Part shown: piece by piece, positions 45,692 through 55,200 of the stretch | How positions within the stretch are numbered: the first letter of the stretch is position 1 | How the letters are laid out: each line of letters begins with the position of its first letter | Source of the DNA: Candidatus Zambryskibacteria bacterium RIFCSPLOWO2_02_FULL_51_21 | GTDB taxonomy: Bacteria; Patescibacteriota; Minisyncoccia; Phycocordibacterales; Zambryskibacteraceae | DNA length: 64,000 nucleotides | NCBI GenBank assembly: GCA_001824255.1 | Contig: MHWQ01000002.1 | Location: 393,572-457,571 of the forward strand | Reading direction: 5' to 3' | The notes under the pieces: generated by a model | Databases searched by the model: none | What the model saw: only the letters and a program-made list of their open reading frames with translations | What the model was told of the DNA's origin: nothing | Made by a program: the position numbers and the translations under genes

Positions 45692-46412
45692 ATTTCCCAT
45701 TTTAGAGCGTGACATTCGCGCACTGTCTCCGGGGCTTGTCAAACTGGAGGCGGACGCGTTGAATTTGGCCCCTAGTGTTTCTATTTTAGAGAAAAACAGC
45801 TTAGACGAACTTTCCGATTTCGAGGAAATCGTTCTTTTCGATGATGAGATAGGCAGAGGATTGTCGGAGAAATATTTGAAAGACAAGAATATTGTATGGG
45901 ACACAGCATTTCTCAGATGGAACAAGATGAATGCCGTTACTCAGAATCCGGTAGATTCAAAACAAATTGTTTCCTCCAGGGATTTCGATAAAAAGATGAT
46001 TGAACTGGCGTATAAGGAAGCGGAGAAAAGCTCTGATTGGTGGAGGCATGTAGGAGCTATTTTAATAAAAGACGGCAAAGTAATCAGCACCCGCTACAAC
46101 AAGCATGCGGTTACGGAAAATACCGCTTATATTGAAGGAGAACCCCGCTCCAATTTCGATGCCGGGAAAGCCATTGCCGATTTGGTAATTTTCGAGCATG
46201 GTGAGGCAACTTTGATAGCAGATTCGGCCAGGAGAGGAGTATCAACCTTGGGTGCGGAAATCTATGTGACCACTTTTCCTTGTCCCAGCTGTGCCATGGC
46301 TATCGCCAATGCGGGTATAAAAAAGGTTTATTACAAAGAAGGCTATTCTCTGCTTGATGCGGAAAAAATACTTAAGAACGCGAATGTCGAGTTGATTTGT
46401 GTCCGAGAGTAA
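45582..46412 (+). CDS. Two-domain protein: N-terminal HxGH nucleotidyltransferase-like segment plus a C-terminal CMP/dCMP-deaminase zinc-binding domain.
   Basis: N-terminal LIGYFPIIHAGHLE. C-terminal EHGEATLIA (H-x-E) ... TFPCPSCAMAIANAGIKKVYY (PCxxC) deaminase zinc ligands. Confidence 0.6.
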   Translation: MKALIGYFPIIHAGHLEVCKRQKPDKLCVLGKSLLAEFPILERDIRALSPGLVKLEADALNLAPSVSILEKNSLDELSDFEEIVLFDDEIGRGLSEKYLKDKNIVWDTAFLRWNKMNAVTQNPVDSKQIVSSRDFDKKMIELAYKEAEKSSDWWRHVGAILIKDGKVISTRYNKHAVTENTAYIEGEPRSNFDAGKAIADLVIFEHGEATLIADSARRGVSTLGAEIYVTTFPCPSCAMAIANAGIKKVYYKEGYSLLDAEKILKNANVELICVRE

Positions 46413-46851
46413 CCAGAATGTTGTCTTTCAAGGTCGCATTCTTTCTTTTTCTAGTTCCTGATATTAAATGAAAATGAATATGGTCCAAAGTTCCTCCCGT
46501 ATAGCTCATATCTCCCGAGCGCACAAATACCGAGGCCCCTTTGATTTTAAAACGTTTTTCTAACCAGGCAATAGTTTTCAATAATTCTTTCCAGGCAGCA
46601 GGGGAGATTCCCGTAATCTTTCTCAGATGCTTTCTGCTGGCTATGAGGTAATGATGGACACTGCCTTCGTACGGATAGTCATTTTTCTTGATATACCAGT
46701 ACCGCCCTTGATAAATGGCGGGACTTGCGCCCACCTTCAAATAATTGTCTTTGCAGAAAAAGCAGCCTATTTCTTTTGCCAGGCGCTTCATCCTTTTGAG
46801 CTGTTCTGGATGACGCGCGTTATCGTTGCGTAATTTGCTTTTTGTTCTCAT
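46372..46851 (-). CDS. HIT-family nucleotide hydrolase/transferase.
   Basis: LDHIHFHLI histidine triad near the C-terminus. N-terminal CFFC. Confidence 0.6.
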   Translation of the reverse strand: MRTKSKLRNDNARHPEQLKRMKRLAKEIGCFFCKDNYLKVGASPAIYQGRYWYIKKNDYPYEGSVHHYLIASRKHLRKITGISPAAWKELLKTIAWLEKRFKIKGASVFVRSGDMSYTGGTLDHIHFHLISGTRKRKNATLKDNILVTLGHKSTRHSRS

Positions 46852-46881
46852 TCTTAATGCGTATTCTTATCGATTTTTGGC

Positions 46882-46913
46882 AAAAAAACAAGCCGGCGCC
46901 TCAGGCGCCGGCT
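46882..46913 (-). terminator. Rho-independent terminator downstream of folA (minus strand).
   Basis: 10-bp GC-rich stem AGCCGGCGCC/GGCGCCGGCT with 4-nt loop, followed on the minus strand by TGTTTTTTTG. Confidence 0.6.
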
Positions 46914-46918
46914 GTAAT

Positions 46919-47413
46919 CTACTTGTGTCTCCACACTTCCCACCGGAAGGAATGCTCGTTTCCGGCATCTTTCGGGTGTCTTTCGCACGAGAGCATCTGC
47001 CACTCGTTTTTATTCCATCGCGGGAAGAACGTGTCTCCAGCGATGATGACATCGACGAGTGTTAAGTACAGGTGCGAAGCGTGCGGCAGGGCCAGGCGAT
47101 AAATCTCTCCTCCGCCAATAACCCAGACATCACGCTTCTTCGACATCTTGACAACTTTTTGGAAATCACCGAGTACAGTCACGCCGAAATCGTCGATGCC
47201 ACTCGGGTTGCGAGTAAGAACGATATTCTCCCGGTTTGGTAGCGGCCGGAATTTCCGGGGCAGAGAGTCGAATGTTTTTCTGCCCATAACAACCGCGCTG
47301 GTTCCCGTTTGCTTCTTGAACCACTTCATGTCATCGGCGAGGCGCCAGGGCAAGGCGCCGCCACTGCCGATAACGCCGTTCTCTGCAACCGCCGCGATGA
47401 TTTTCAAGCTCAT
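46919..47413 (-). CDS. folA: Dihydrofolate reductase.
   Basis: IIAAVAENGVIGSGGALPWRLADDMKWFKKQT...VVMGRKTFDSLP are the DHFR signature segments. Confidence 0.9.
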   Translation of the reverse strand: MSLKIIAAVAENGVIGSGGALPWRLADDMKWFKKQTGTSAVVMGRKTFDSLPRKFRPLPNRENIVLTRNPSGIDDFGVTVLGDFQKVVKMSKKRDVWVIGGGEIYRLALPHASHLYLTLVDVIIAGDTFFPRWNKNEWQMLSCERHPKDAGNEHSFRWEVWRHK

Positions 47414-47417
47414 TTTC

Positions 47418-48371
47418 TTACTCCGTTACCGGGAACTTGATTCCCGGATTTGGGTTGTAATCCTCAATCGCGAAGTGTTCCGGCCGGAAGGCGAGGATGT
47501 CCTTCACCGAAGGATCGATAATCCGCATGGTTGGAAACGCCTTCGGTTCGCGCCCCAAGAGTTCCTCCACCTTCTCGAGCTGGTTCTCGTAGATCTGAGC
47601 GTCGAGGAAATAGTGGACATATCGATGGGGCTTGATGCCGAGTACTTGTGCAACCATAAGAAGGAGCGCAGCGTACTGGATGATGTTCGACACGACGCCT
47701 ACCGGCATGTCGGCAGAACGCTGAACATGCTGGAGGGTAAGCCTGCCGTCGATAATCGTGAACTTGAGGAAGTTGCCATGGCAGGGTGCCACAACCACCT
47801 TCCTCTGAAGCCCGGAGTGCTGAAGCGCGCCGAAGGGAATCCAGGAAGTCACGCAGTGTGTGCTCAGACTCGGGCTCTCCTTCATCCCGCGCACCACATT
47901 GACGAACTGATTGAAGTGGCCGCCATCCGGCATGGGAAACTTGCCGTAGGCGCCGCCGTAGGATGCCCAGCCGAGGTCTCCTGGCTCAAGCCCGAAGATT
48001 GCGCACTTCTCCGCCGTGGTCCATGTGTCCCACCACGGGCAGCCGAATTCGTGAAGTTCCGCGTTTGTTGTCGCTCCGTTCATGAACGCCACAAGTTCGG
48101 CAATCGCCGTCTTCCAGAACGGAATGTTGCGCTCGGTGAGCACGGGGAAGCCGTTCGACAGGTCGTAGACCAGAGGGGGAAGGGACAGATGGGTGATGCG
48201 ACCCATTCCTTTCTGGTATGGGTGTTCGACCCGCTCTCCTTCGTCTCGAATCATCCGAATCAGATTCAGATACTGCCGGTCGGGAGTCCTTTCCGCGTAG
48301 GGCTTGTAGGCTGGTTGCATTTTGCTATCCTTTGTTGATGCCAATGTCCTGTTCCGCTGGTAATATAGCAT
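47418..48371 (-). CDS. thyA: Thymidylate synthase (ThyA, long form).
   Basis: QYLNLIRMIRDEGERV. FPVLTERNIPFWKTAIAELVAFMNG. Active-site VVAPCHGNF. Confidence 0.9.
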   Translation of the reverse strand: MLYYQRNRTLASTKDSKMQPAYKPYAERTPDRQYLNLIRMIRDEGERVEHPYQKGMGRITHLSLPPLVYDLSNGFPVLTERNIPFWKTAIAELVAFMNGATTNAELHEFGCPWWDTWTTAEKCAIFGLEPGDLGWASYGGAYGKFPMPDGGHFNQFVNVVRGMKESPSLSTHCVTSWIPFGALQHSGLQRKVVVAPCHGNFLKFTIIDGRLTLQHVQRSADMPVGVVSNIIQYAALLLMVAQVLGIKPHRYVHYFLDAQIYENQLEKVEELLGREPKAFPTMRIIDPSVKDILAFRPEHFAIEDYNPNPGIKFPVTE

Positions 48372-48390
48372 ATGATAAGGCCTTAACTAG

Positions 48391-49608
48391 ATGAAAGACA
48401 AGGAAATACAAAAACTAATAGAAAAGGAGACTGCGCGGCAGAAAAAGGTCATCAACCTCATCCCTTCGGAAAATTATGTTTCGAAGGATGTGCTGACCGC
48501 CCTGGGTTCCATCTTCGACAACAAATACGCCGAGGGCTATCCGAAGAAAAGATACTACGGCGGCAACACCTTCACCGACGAGCTGGAAATTCTCTGCCAG
48601 AACAGGGCGCGCAAAGCGTTTGGACTATCTGATAAACTCTGGCACGTCAACGTCCAACCCCACTCCGGCTCTCCGGCGAACCTCTCGGTCTATCTAGCGC
48701 TGGTCCCACCGGGCGGGAAGATTATGGGCATGACGCTTACCGCGGGGGGCCACCTCACCCACGGGCAGAAAGTTTCCATAACGGGGAAGATGTGGAACCA
48801 AGTGCCTTACGGCGTGGACCCGAAGACGGAGAAGCTTGATTATCTAGCGCTCAAAAAACTGGCCAGGAAAGAAAAGCCGAATCTTATTGTCGCCGGCTTC
48901 ACCGCTTATCCGCGCGCGGTTGATTTTAAAAAATTCAGGGAGATTGCCGATAGTGTGCGCCTGCCTGCCGGCAGGCAGGGGGCGTTCCTCATGGTCGATA
49001 TGTCTCATGTGGCGGGGCTTGTCGCTGGTAAGGCCTACAACTCGCCCTTCCTGTACGCCGATGTTGTCACTACAACCACGCACAAGACTCTCCGGGGTCC
49101 GAGAAGCGCAATTATTTTCTCCAGGAAGGGCAAAAAACTTGGCGATAAAGAAATTTGCGTGCTTATAGACAAAGCCATTTTCCCCGGTCTTCAAGGCGGG
49201 CCTCACATGGGGCAGATTGCGGGCGTGGCAGTGTGCTTGAAAGAGGCCGCAGCTCCGGCTTTCAAGAAATACGCCAAGCAAGTGGTGAAGAATTGCCAAG
49301 CTTTGGCAAAAGAGCTCGGGAAACTCGGCTGGAGGATTGTCTCCGGCGGTACAGAGTCGAACCTTCTCCTCGTTGATACCTGGATGAGTGGCAAGGGATT
49401 GCCTGGCAAAGAGGCGGAAGCGAAGCTTGAGAAGGCCGGAATTATCGTCAACAAGAACACCATCCCCGGCGAGACGCGCTCACCCTTTGACCCCTCGGGA
49501 ATCCGTCTGGGAGCAGGGGCGGAAACCACTCGCGGCAGGAAGGAGAAAGATATGATAAAGATTGCCCGAAAAATTGATACAATATTGAGGAATGGAACTA
49601 AGGGTTAA
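48391..49608 (+). CDS. glyA: Serine hydroxymethyltransferase.
   Basis: INLIPSENYVS. GYPKKRYYGG. TTTTHKTLRGPR (PLP lysine region). Confidence 0.95.
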   Translation: MKDKEIQKLIEKETARQKKVINLIPSENYVSKDVLTALGSIFDNKYAEGYPKKRYYGGNTFTDELEILCQNRARKAFGLSDKLWHVNVQPHSGSPANLSVYLALVPPGGKIMGMTLTAGGHLTHGQKVSITGKMWNQVPYGVDPKTEKLDYLALKKLARKEKPNLIVAGFTAYPRAVDFKKFREIADSVRLPAGRQGAFLMVDMSHVAGLVAGKAYNSPFLYADVVTTTTHKTLRGPRSAIIFSRKGKKLGDKEICVLIDKAIFPGLQGGPHMGQIAGVAVCLKEAAAPAFKKYAKQVVKNCQALAKELGKLGWRIVSGGTESNLLLVDTWMSGKGLPGKEAEAKLEKAGIIVNKNTIPGETRSPFDPSGIRLGAGAETTRGRKEKDMIKIARKIDTILRNGTKG

Positions 49609-50014
49609 AAAAGCGGATCCAGAGGCCAAATTACCGGCTTACGCTCACTCAAACGATGCTGGAATGGATTTGTACTCTCTTGAGGAGGTCGAAGTGCCGC
49701 CTGGAGAATCCAGAAGAATCAGAAGCGGAGTGACTATGGAAATTCCTGAGGGTTATGTGGGTCTCTGCTGGGACAAAAGCGGGCTCTCGATGAATCATGG
49801 CATCAAAGTTCTGGCGGGGGTAATTGATTCCGGATTCAGAGGGGAATTGGTCATGGCGGTCATAAATCTTGGCAAAGAGGCATACACTTTCAAGAAAGGC
49901 GACAAGGTCATGCAGATGCTCATGCAGAAGGTAGAGCAAGTTGAAATTACTGAAGTAAATGAATTATCGGATAGCGCGAGAGGAGAAAAAGGTTTCGGCA
50001 GCACAGGAAAATGA
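49592..50014 (+). CDS. dut: dUTP diphosphatase.
   Basis: AYAHSNDAGMDLYS. GVIDSGFRGEL dUTPase motifs. Confidence 0.9.
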   Translation: MELRVKKADPEAKLPAYAHSNDAGMDLYSLEEVEVPPGESRRIRSGVTMEIPEGYVGLCWDKSGLSMNHGIKVLAGVIDSGFRGELVMAVINLGKEAYTFKKGDKVMQMLMQKVEQVEITEVNELSDSARGEKGFGSTGK

Positions 50015-51549
50015 TTAAAAAAGATATTGAAAAAATTCTCGGAAGGGAGATAAACTTGGTTCATCCCAAGGATTTTCGAAACGGCGATTATACCTTGATT
50101 GCCGATGAGAAGACGGCGCAAGAAGATTTCGAAAGGCTGGAGAATAATAAGCCGGAATGCATTTCAAAAATAGAATTCATCAAGCCGAGATTCATCAATA
50201 TCTATCTATCCAAAGAATTTTTCGCAGAAAGCCTGAAAGAGATTGTAGAAAAAGGCGAGAATTTTGGTCGAAGCGAACACGCCAGGGGATTCAAGGTGAT
50301 GGTTGAGCATACTCAGCCGAATCCTTTCAAGCAATTCCACATCGGCCACATGATGAACAATGCTATCGGCGAAGCGGTGGCAAGAATCATCAAATGGAAC
50401 GGCGCTGAGGTAAAGACGGCAAGTTACCATGGCGACATAGGCATGCATGTGGCCAAGGCGCTCTGGAAAGGGGATTATGCTCTGGGCTCAAAAGCTTTTG
50501 AAGAAGATGCGCAAGCCAAGGCTGAAATACAAGAGCTTAATAAAAAAATTTACGATAAATCAGATCCGGCACTAAACAAGAAATACGAAGAAGGCCGCAA
50601 GAAATCGCTTGAAGAATTTGGCCAGATTTATGAAAGATTAGGCAGTAAATTCGATTTTAATTTTTTCGAAAGCGAGGCTGCTCCTGTAGGCAAGGAGATT
50701 GTGCTTGAAAATATGCAAAACCTGCCTGCCGGTAGGCAGGTATTTGAAGAAAGCGAAGGAGCAACTGTCTTTAAGGGCGAGAAATACGGGCTTCACACCA
50801 GAGTTTTCCTCAATTCCGACAAAATTCCAACGTATGAAGCCAAGGAAGTTGGTTTGGCGAAAATTAAGAAGGAGAAATACGCCTTCGACCAATCAGTGAC
50901 AATTACGGCCAACGAACAAGATGCGTTTTTCTACGTCGTCGAGGCGGCCATAGGCGAAGTATTCCTGGAACTTAAGGGTAAGCTGAAGCACTTATCGCAC
51001 GGCATGCTGCGCCTGCCCTCCGGCAAAATGTCTTCGAGGACGGGAGATGTCATCACCGCCGAAGCTTTGATTGAGGAAGTTAAGACAAGAACCAAGGGCG
51101 ATGAGCAAGTGGCCATAGCCGCTATAAAATATATGATTCTTCGCCAGTCGATAGGCAATGACATCGTCTTCGATTTCGAAAAGTCCGTTTCGACCGAAGG
51201 AGATTCCGGAGTTTATCTCCAGTACGCGCATGCCAGAGCCAATTCAATACTCGAGAAGGCGGGCAGGAAGGGGAACGCGACAGGCGAAAGCGGAGAAACA
51301 AGAGAAATAGAAAGAATGCTTTATCGCTTCCCGGAAATTGTCGAGAGAGCGGGCAAGGAATACGCGCCGAACTATATTACTACATACCTTACCGAGCTTG
51401 CCTCGAGCTTCAACAACTTCTACGCGCACGAACAAGTTATCTCGGATGAGCCGGAGTCGGCCTACCGCCTGGCTATCGTCGAAGCTTTCTCAATCGTGAT
51501 GAAGAATGGTCTCAATATTCTTGGTATTGCGGCGCCTGAGAAGATGTAA
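50011..51549 (+). CDS. argS: Arginyl-tRNA synthetase (short form lacking the N-terminal Add domain).
   Basis: HIGH motif PFKQFHIGHMMN. ArgRS anticodon-binding signature GVYLQYAHARANSILEK. Confidence 0.85.
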   Translation: MIKKDIEKILGREINLVHPKDFRNGDYTLIADEKTAQEDFERLENNKPECISKIEFIKPRFINIYLSKEFFAESLKEIVEKGENFGRSEHARGFKVMVEHTQPNPFKQFHIGHMMNNAIGEAVARIIKWNGAEVKTASYHGDIGMHVAKALWKGDYALGSKAFEEDAQAKAEIQELNKKIYDKSDPALNKKYEEGRKKSLEEFGQIYERLGSKFDFNFFESEAAPVGKEIVLENMQNLPAGRQVFEESEGATVFKGEKYGLHTRVFLNSDKIPTYEAKEVGLAKIKKEKYAFDQSVTITANEQDAFFYVVEAAIGEVFLELKGKLKHLSHGMLRLPSGKMSSRTGDVITAEALIEEVKTRTKGDEQVAIAAIKYMILRQSIGNDIVFDFEKSVSTEGDSGVYLQYAHARANSILEKAGRKGNATGESGETREIERMLYRFPEIVERAGKEYAPNYITTYLTELASSFNNFYAHEQVISDEPESAYRLAIVEAFSIVMKNGLNILGIAAPEKM

Positions 51550-51590
51550 TAGGGTATTTGGTAGACCACAGACTTCCAAAGGAGACATAG

Positions 51591-52148
51591 GTGATATTCA
51601 TCATTTCCGGCCCGTCCGGAGTGGGTAAAACGAGCATTGACAACGCGCTCCAGGTTCTGAGGCCCTCCTTTCACCGCCCGGTCTCATGCACCACGCGCTC
51701 CCGCAAAAGAGGTGAAGTCAATGGCAAGGACTATCACTTCTTGTCGAGAGACAACTTCGTGCAGATGATAGAGAAGGGTCTCTTCGCCGAGTATGCCGAG
51801 GTGTATGGCAACTTCTACGGCACACTCGGAATTGACCTCATGTTGAGAGGCTGTGATGCCGTCATCGTTCTGGTGATTGACGTGCAAGGCATGAGACAGG
51901 TCAAAGCCAAACACAAGAACGTCGTCTCAATCTTCATCCTACCCCCCACCTTTGAGGCGCTTGAGGCCCGCATCCGCGAACGCAGCAGAGAAGAGACGGA
52001 AGAAGAGATTGCCACGTGGCTCGAAACCGCCCGGCAAGAACTCTCTTGCGCCAGCGAGTACAGTCATCAGATTGTGAACGACGATTTGATGACCACCGTG
52101 CGGGCTATCCTTGATGTTCTCGACGGGAAGGATTCTATCGCTTTGTGA
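51591..52148 (+). CDS. gmk: Guanylate kinase.
   Basis: P-loop ISGPSGVGKTS. CTTRSRKRGEVNGKDYHFLSRDNF. Confidence 0.9.
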   Translation: MIFIISGPSGVGKTSIDNALQVLRPSFHRPVSCTTRSRKRGEVNGKDYHFLSRDNFVQMIEKGLFAEYAEVYGNFYGTLGIDLMLRGCDAVIVLVIDVQGMRQVKAKHKNVVSIFILPPTFEALEARIRERSREETEEEIATWLETARQELSCASEYSHQIVNDDLMTTVRAILDVLDGKDSIAL

Positions 52149-52230
52149 ACCGTTGTTCGGGCGCGCGCTCTACGGAGCGCGCGCCTTTTGTTTTGGAAAG
52201 GTCTCTTAAAGTGCTAAAATTAGCCAATCT

Positions 52231-55200
52231 ATGACTGGAAAGTCCGACAGAGCCAAGAAGGAGGAGGAAATCCTCAAATTCTGGCAAGACAACAAGATTT
52301 TCGAAAAAAGCCTGGAGAAAGACGCTCCGAAAGGCGAATTCGTGTTCTACGACGGACCGCCCTTCGCCACAGGCCTGCCTCATTACGGGCATATTCTTCC
52401 CGGCACCATCAAGGACGTTATCCCGCGCTACAAGACCATGAGGGGCTTCCGAGTGCCGCGTCGCTGGGGCTGGGATTGCCATGGTTTGCCCATAGAGAAT
52501 CTGGTCGAGAAGGAGCTTGGCCTTGAAACAAAGAAGGATATAGAGAAATTCGGCATTGCTGAATTCAACGAGCGGGCCAAGGCGAGCGTCTTGCGCTACG
52601 AGAGCGAATGGAAAGAGATTATACCGCGCACCGGACGATGGATAGATATGGACAACCCGTACAAGTCGATGGATGCGAGCTACACGCAGTCAGTCTGGTG
52701 GTCCTTCAAGAATCTTTTCGACAAAGGGCTTATTTACCAAGGGTTTAAGTCCATGCACCTTTGCCCACGCTGCGAGACCACACTCTCGAATTTCGAGGTG
52801 AATCAGGGCTACAAAGATATTACCGATATTTCCGTCACCGTAGAGTTTCCGCTCATCGATGAACCGAACAAATTCATTCTCGCCTGGACCACCACACCCT
52901 GGACTTTACCGGGCAACGCCGCCTTGGCGATAAATCCGGAGCTCCAATATGTAGAGACGGAAGGGGAAGTGCCGGGCCATATCTATATCGTTGCGAAATC
53001 GAGAGTCGAAAAAGTTTTTGGCGGCAAATATAAGATTTTGCGCGAATTCTCCGGCAAGGAATTGATTGGAAAGAAATATAAAACACTTTTTGATTATTAC
53101 CAGACCGAGGGCCTGGTATATGGGGCCGAGTTTGTCCAGGCGGAAGAGGGAACCGGCATAGTGCATATCGCTCCGGCATTCGGCGAGGAAGACTACGAGC
53201 TCTCGCTCAAGGAGAAAATTCCCTTCATCCAGCACATCGGCACCGATGGCCGCTTCAAGCCGGAGGTGAGAGATTTTGCCGGTGAGCCGGTCAAGCCCAA
53301 GGATGACCACCAGCGCACGGATATTCTCATCATCAAGCACCTGGCCGCGAAAGGGCTCCTATTCTCGAAAGAAAAAATTATTCACAGCTACCCGCATTGC
53401 TGGCGATGCGATACGCCCCTTTTGAACTACGCTTCCTCCTCGTGGTTTGTGAAGGTAGCCGATATCAAGGATAAACTTGTCGCCAATAATCAAAAGGTTA
53501 AGTGGGTGCCGGAAGATATACGCGACGGGCGCTTCGGCAAGTGGCTCGAGGGCGCGCGTGACTGGGCTATTTCGCGCTCGCGCTTCTGGGGGACGACCTT
53601 GCCCGTCTGGCAGACTGCCGACGAAAAGAAGGAAATTGTCATAGATTCTGTCGAGACTCTTAAGAAGCACGCGAAAAAATCCGGCAACAGGTATTTTCTC
53701 ATGCGGCACGCAGAAGCAATCGACAATGCCAAGCACGTGCTCGACCCAAAGGGTGATCCGAATAATCACCTAACCGAAAAAGGCAGGGAAGAGGCTCTTG
53801 CCTCGGCCCGGGAACTCAAGGGGAGAAAAATAGACGCAATCATCACGTCGCCCTTCCTCCGCACGCGCGAGACAGCGGAGATAGTCAGGAAGGAACTCGG
53901 CTTTCCTGAAGGTTCTGTCGTCGTGGATGACCGTTTGCACGAATACAACGAGCCGGACGTGGATTTTGTGCGCCGCCGCGCGGGGGAATTTATCTTCGAA
54001 ACGGAAAAGCGCTACGCCGGCAAGAATATTCTTATCCTTTCTCACGGCAATCCGTTGTGGGTTTTGGAGAAAATCGTCTCGCACCAGCCAAGCAATGATT
54101 TTTCGAGCAAGGTAATTATGAATACTGCGGAAGTCAGAGAGTTGGAATTTGTTCCGTTCCCTCACAACAAAAACTTCGAGCTAGACCTGCATAGGCCGTA
54201 TATAGATGAAATCGTGCTGGAAAAAGACGGGGAAGAATACCGCCGCGTGCCGGAGGTGTTCGATACCTGGTATGACTCGGGCTCGGTGCCCTTCGCCTCG
54301 CGCGCGGCTTTTGATTCCCGGCCTGCCGACTTTATCGCCGAAGGGCTGGACCAGACTCGCGGCTGGTTCTACACCATGGCCGTTCTTGGCACGGCTCTGT
54401 TCAACGAGATACCATATCGGCAGGTGGTGGTAAACGGCCTGGTCCTCGCCGAAGACGGCAAGAAGATGTCCAAACGGCTCAAGAATTATCCGGAGCTTAC
54501 CGATGTTCTCGATAAATACGGCGCCGATGCCTTGCGCTATTACCTCATGTCTTCGCAGGCGGTACGCGCTGAGGACATTGCCTTTTCTGAGAAGAGTTTG
54601 GATGAAGTAATGAAGAAAAACATTTCCCGTCTCGAAAATGTCGTGGGGTTCTATGAACTTTATGCCAAAGAGAGTGCACCTCTTCAAGATTTACCCCAAC
54701 ACATACTGGATAAATGGATTGATTTGAAACTTAATAATCTGGTTAGAAGCATTACGGACGGTCTTGAAAGATACGAGATAGACCGCGCTAGCCGCCCCAT
54801 CGCCGATTTTATCGATGACCTTTCCACCTGGTACCTGCGGCGTTCCCGCACTCGTCCCGAAGCGCTTCCAAAACTTAGGGAAATACTGATTGAGTTTTCG
54901 AAACTCATGGCCCCCTTCATGCCGTTTATGGCTGAGGATATTTATCAGAGACTCAAGGCGGACGGCGGGAAAGAAAGCGTCCATCTTGAGGCTTGGCCTA
55001 TCCCTCCTCCTGCCAAGGGGGAGAAGGAGGGGGTCTTGGATAATATGTCAGAAACCAGAAGAATCGTGACGCTCGCGCTTGAAGCGCGGCAGAAGGCCAA
55101 TATCAAGGTGAGGCAACCTCTGGCGAGGCTCGAGATAAGAACCGACGCGCTTTCTCCGGAATATCTCGAAATAATAAAAGATGAATTGAATGTGAAAAAA

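Noticed and set aside
47148-48338. 396-aa ORF on the plus strand
   Set aside because: It lies entirely antisense to thyA and folA, which carry clear family motifs. It has no motifs of its own and an Arg/Pro-rich composition typical of an antisense frame in GC-rich coding DNA.
50638-50892. 84-aa minus ORF and a weak repeat-like string GATTTTAATTTTTTCGAAAG in argS
   Set aside because: The ORF is antisense to argS. The string shares only a short AT-rich core with the polA/mpg/fpg element, and the match is insufficient (under 12 contiguous nt) to call a fourth copy.
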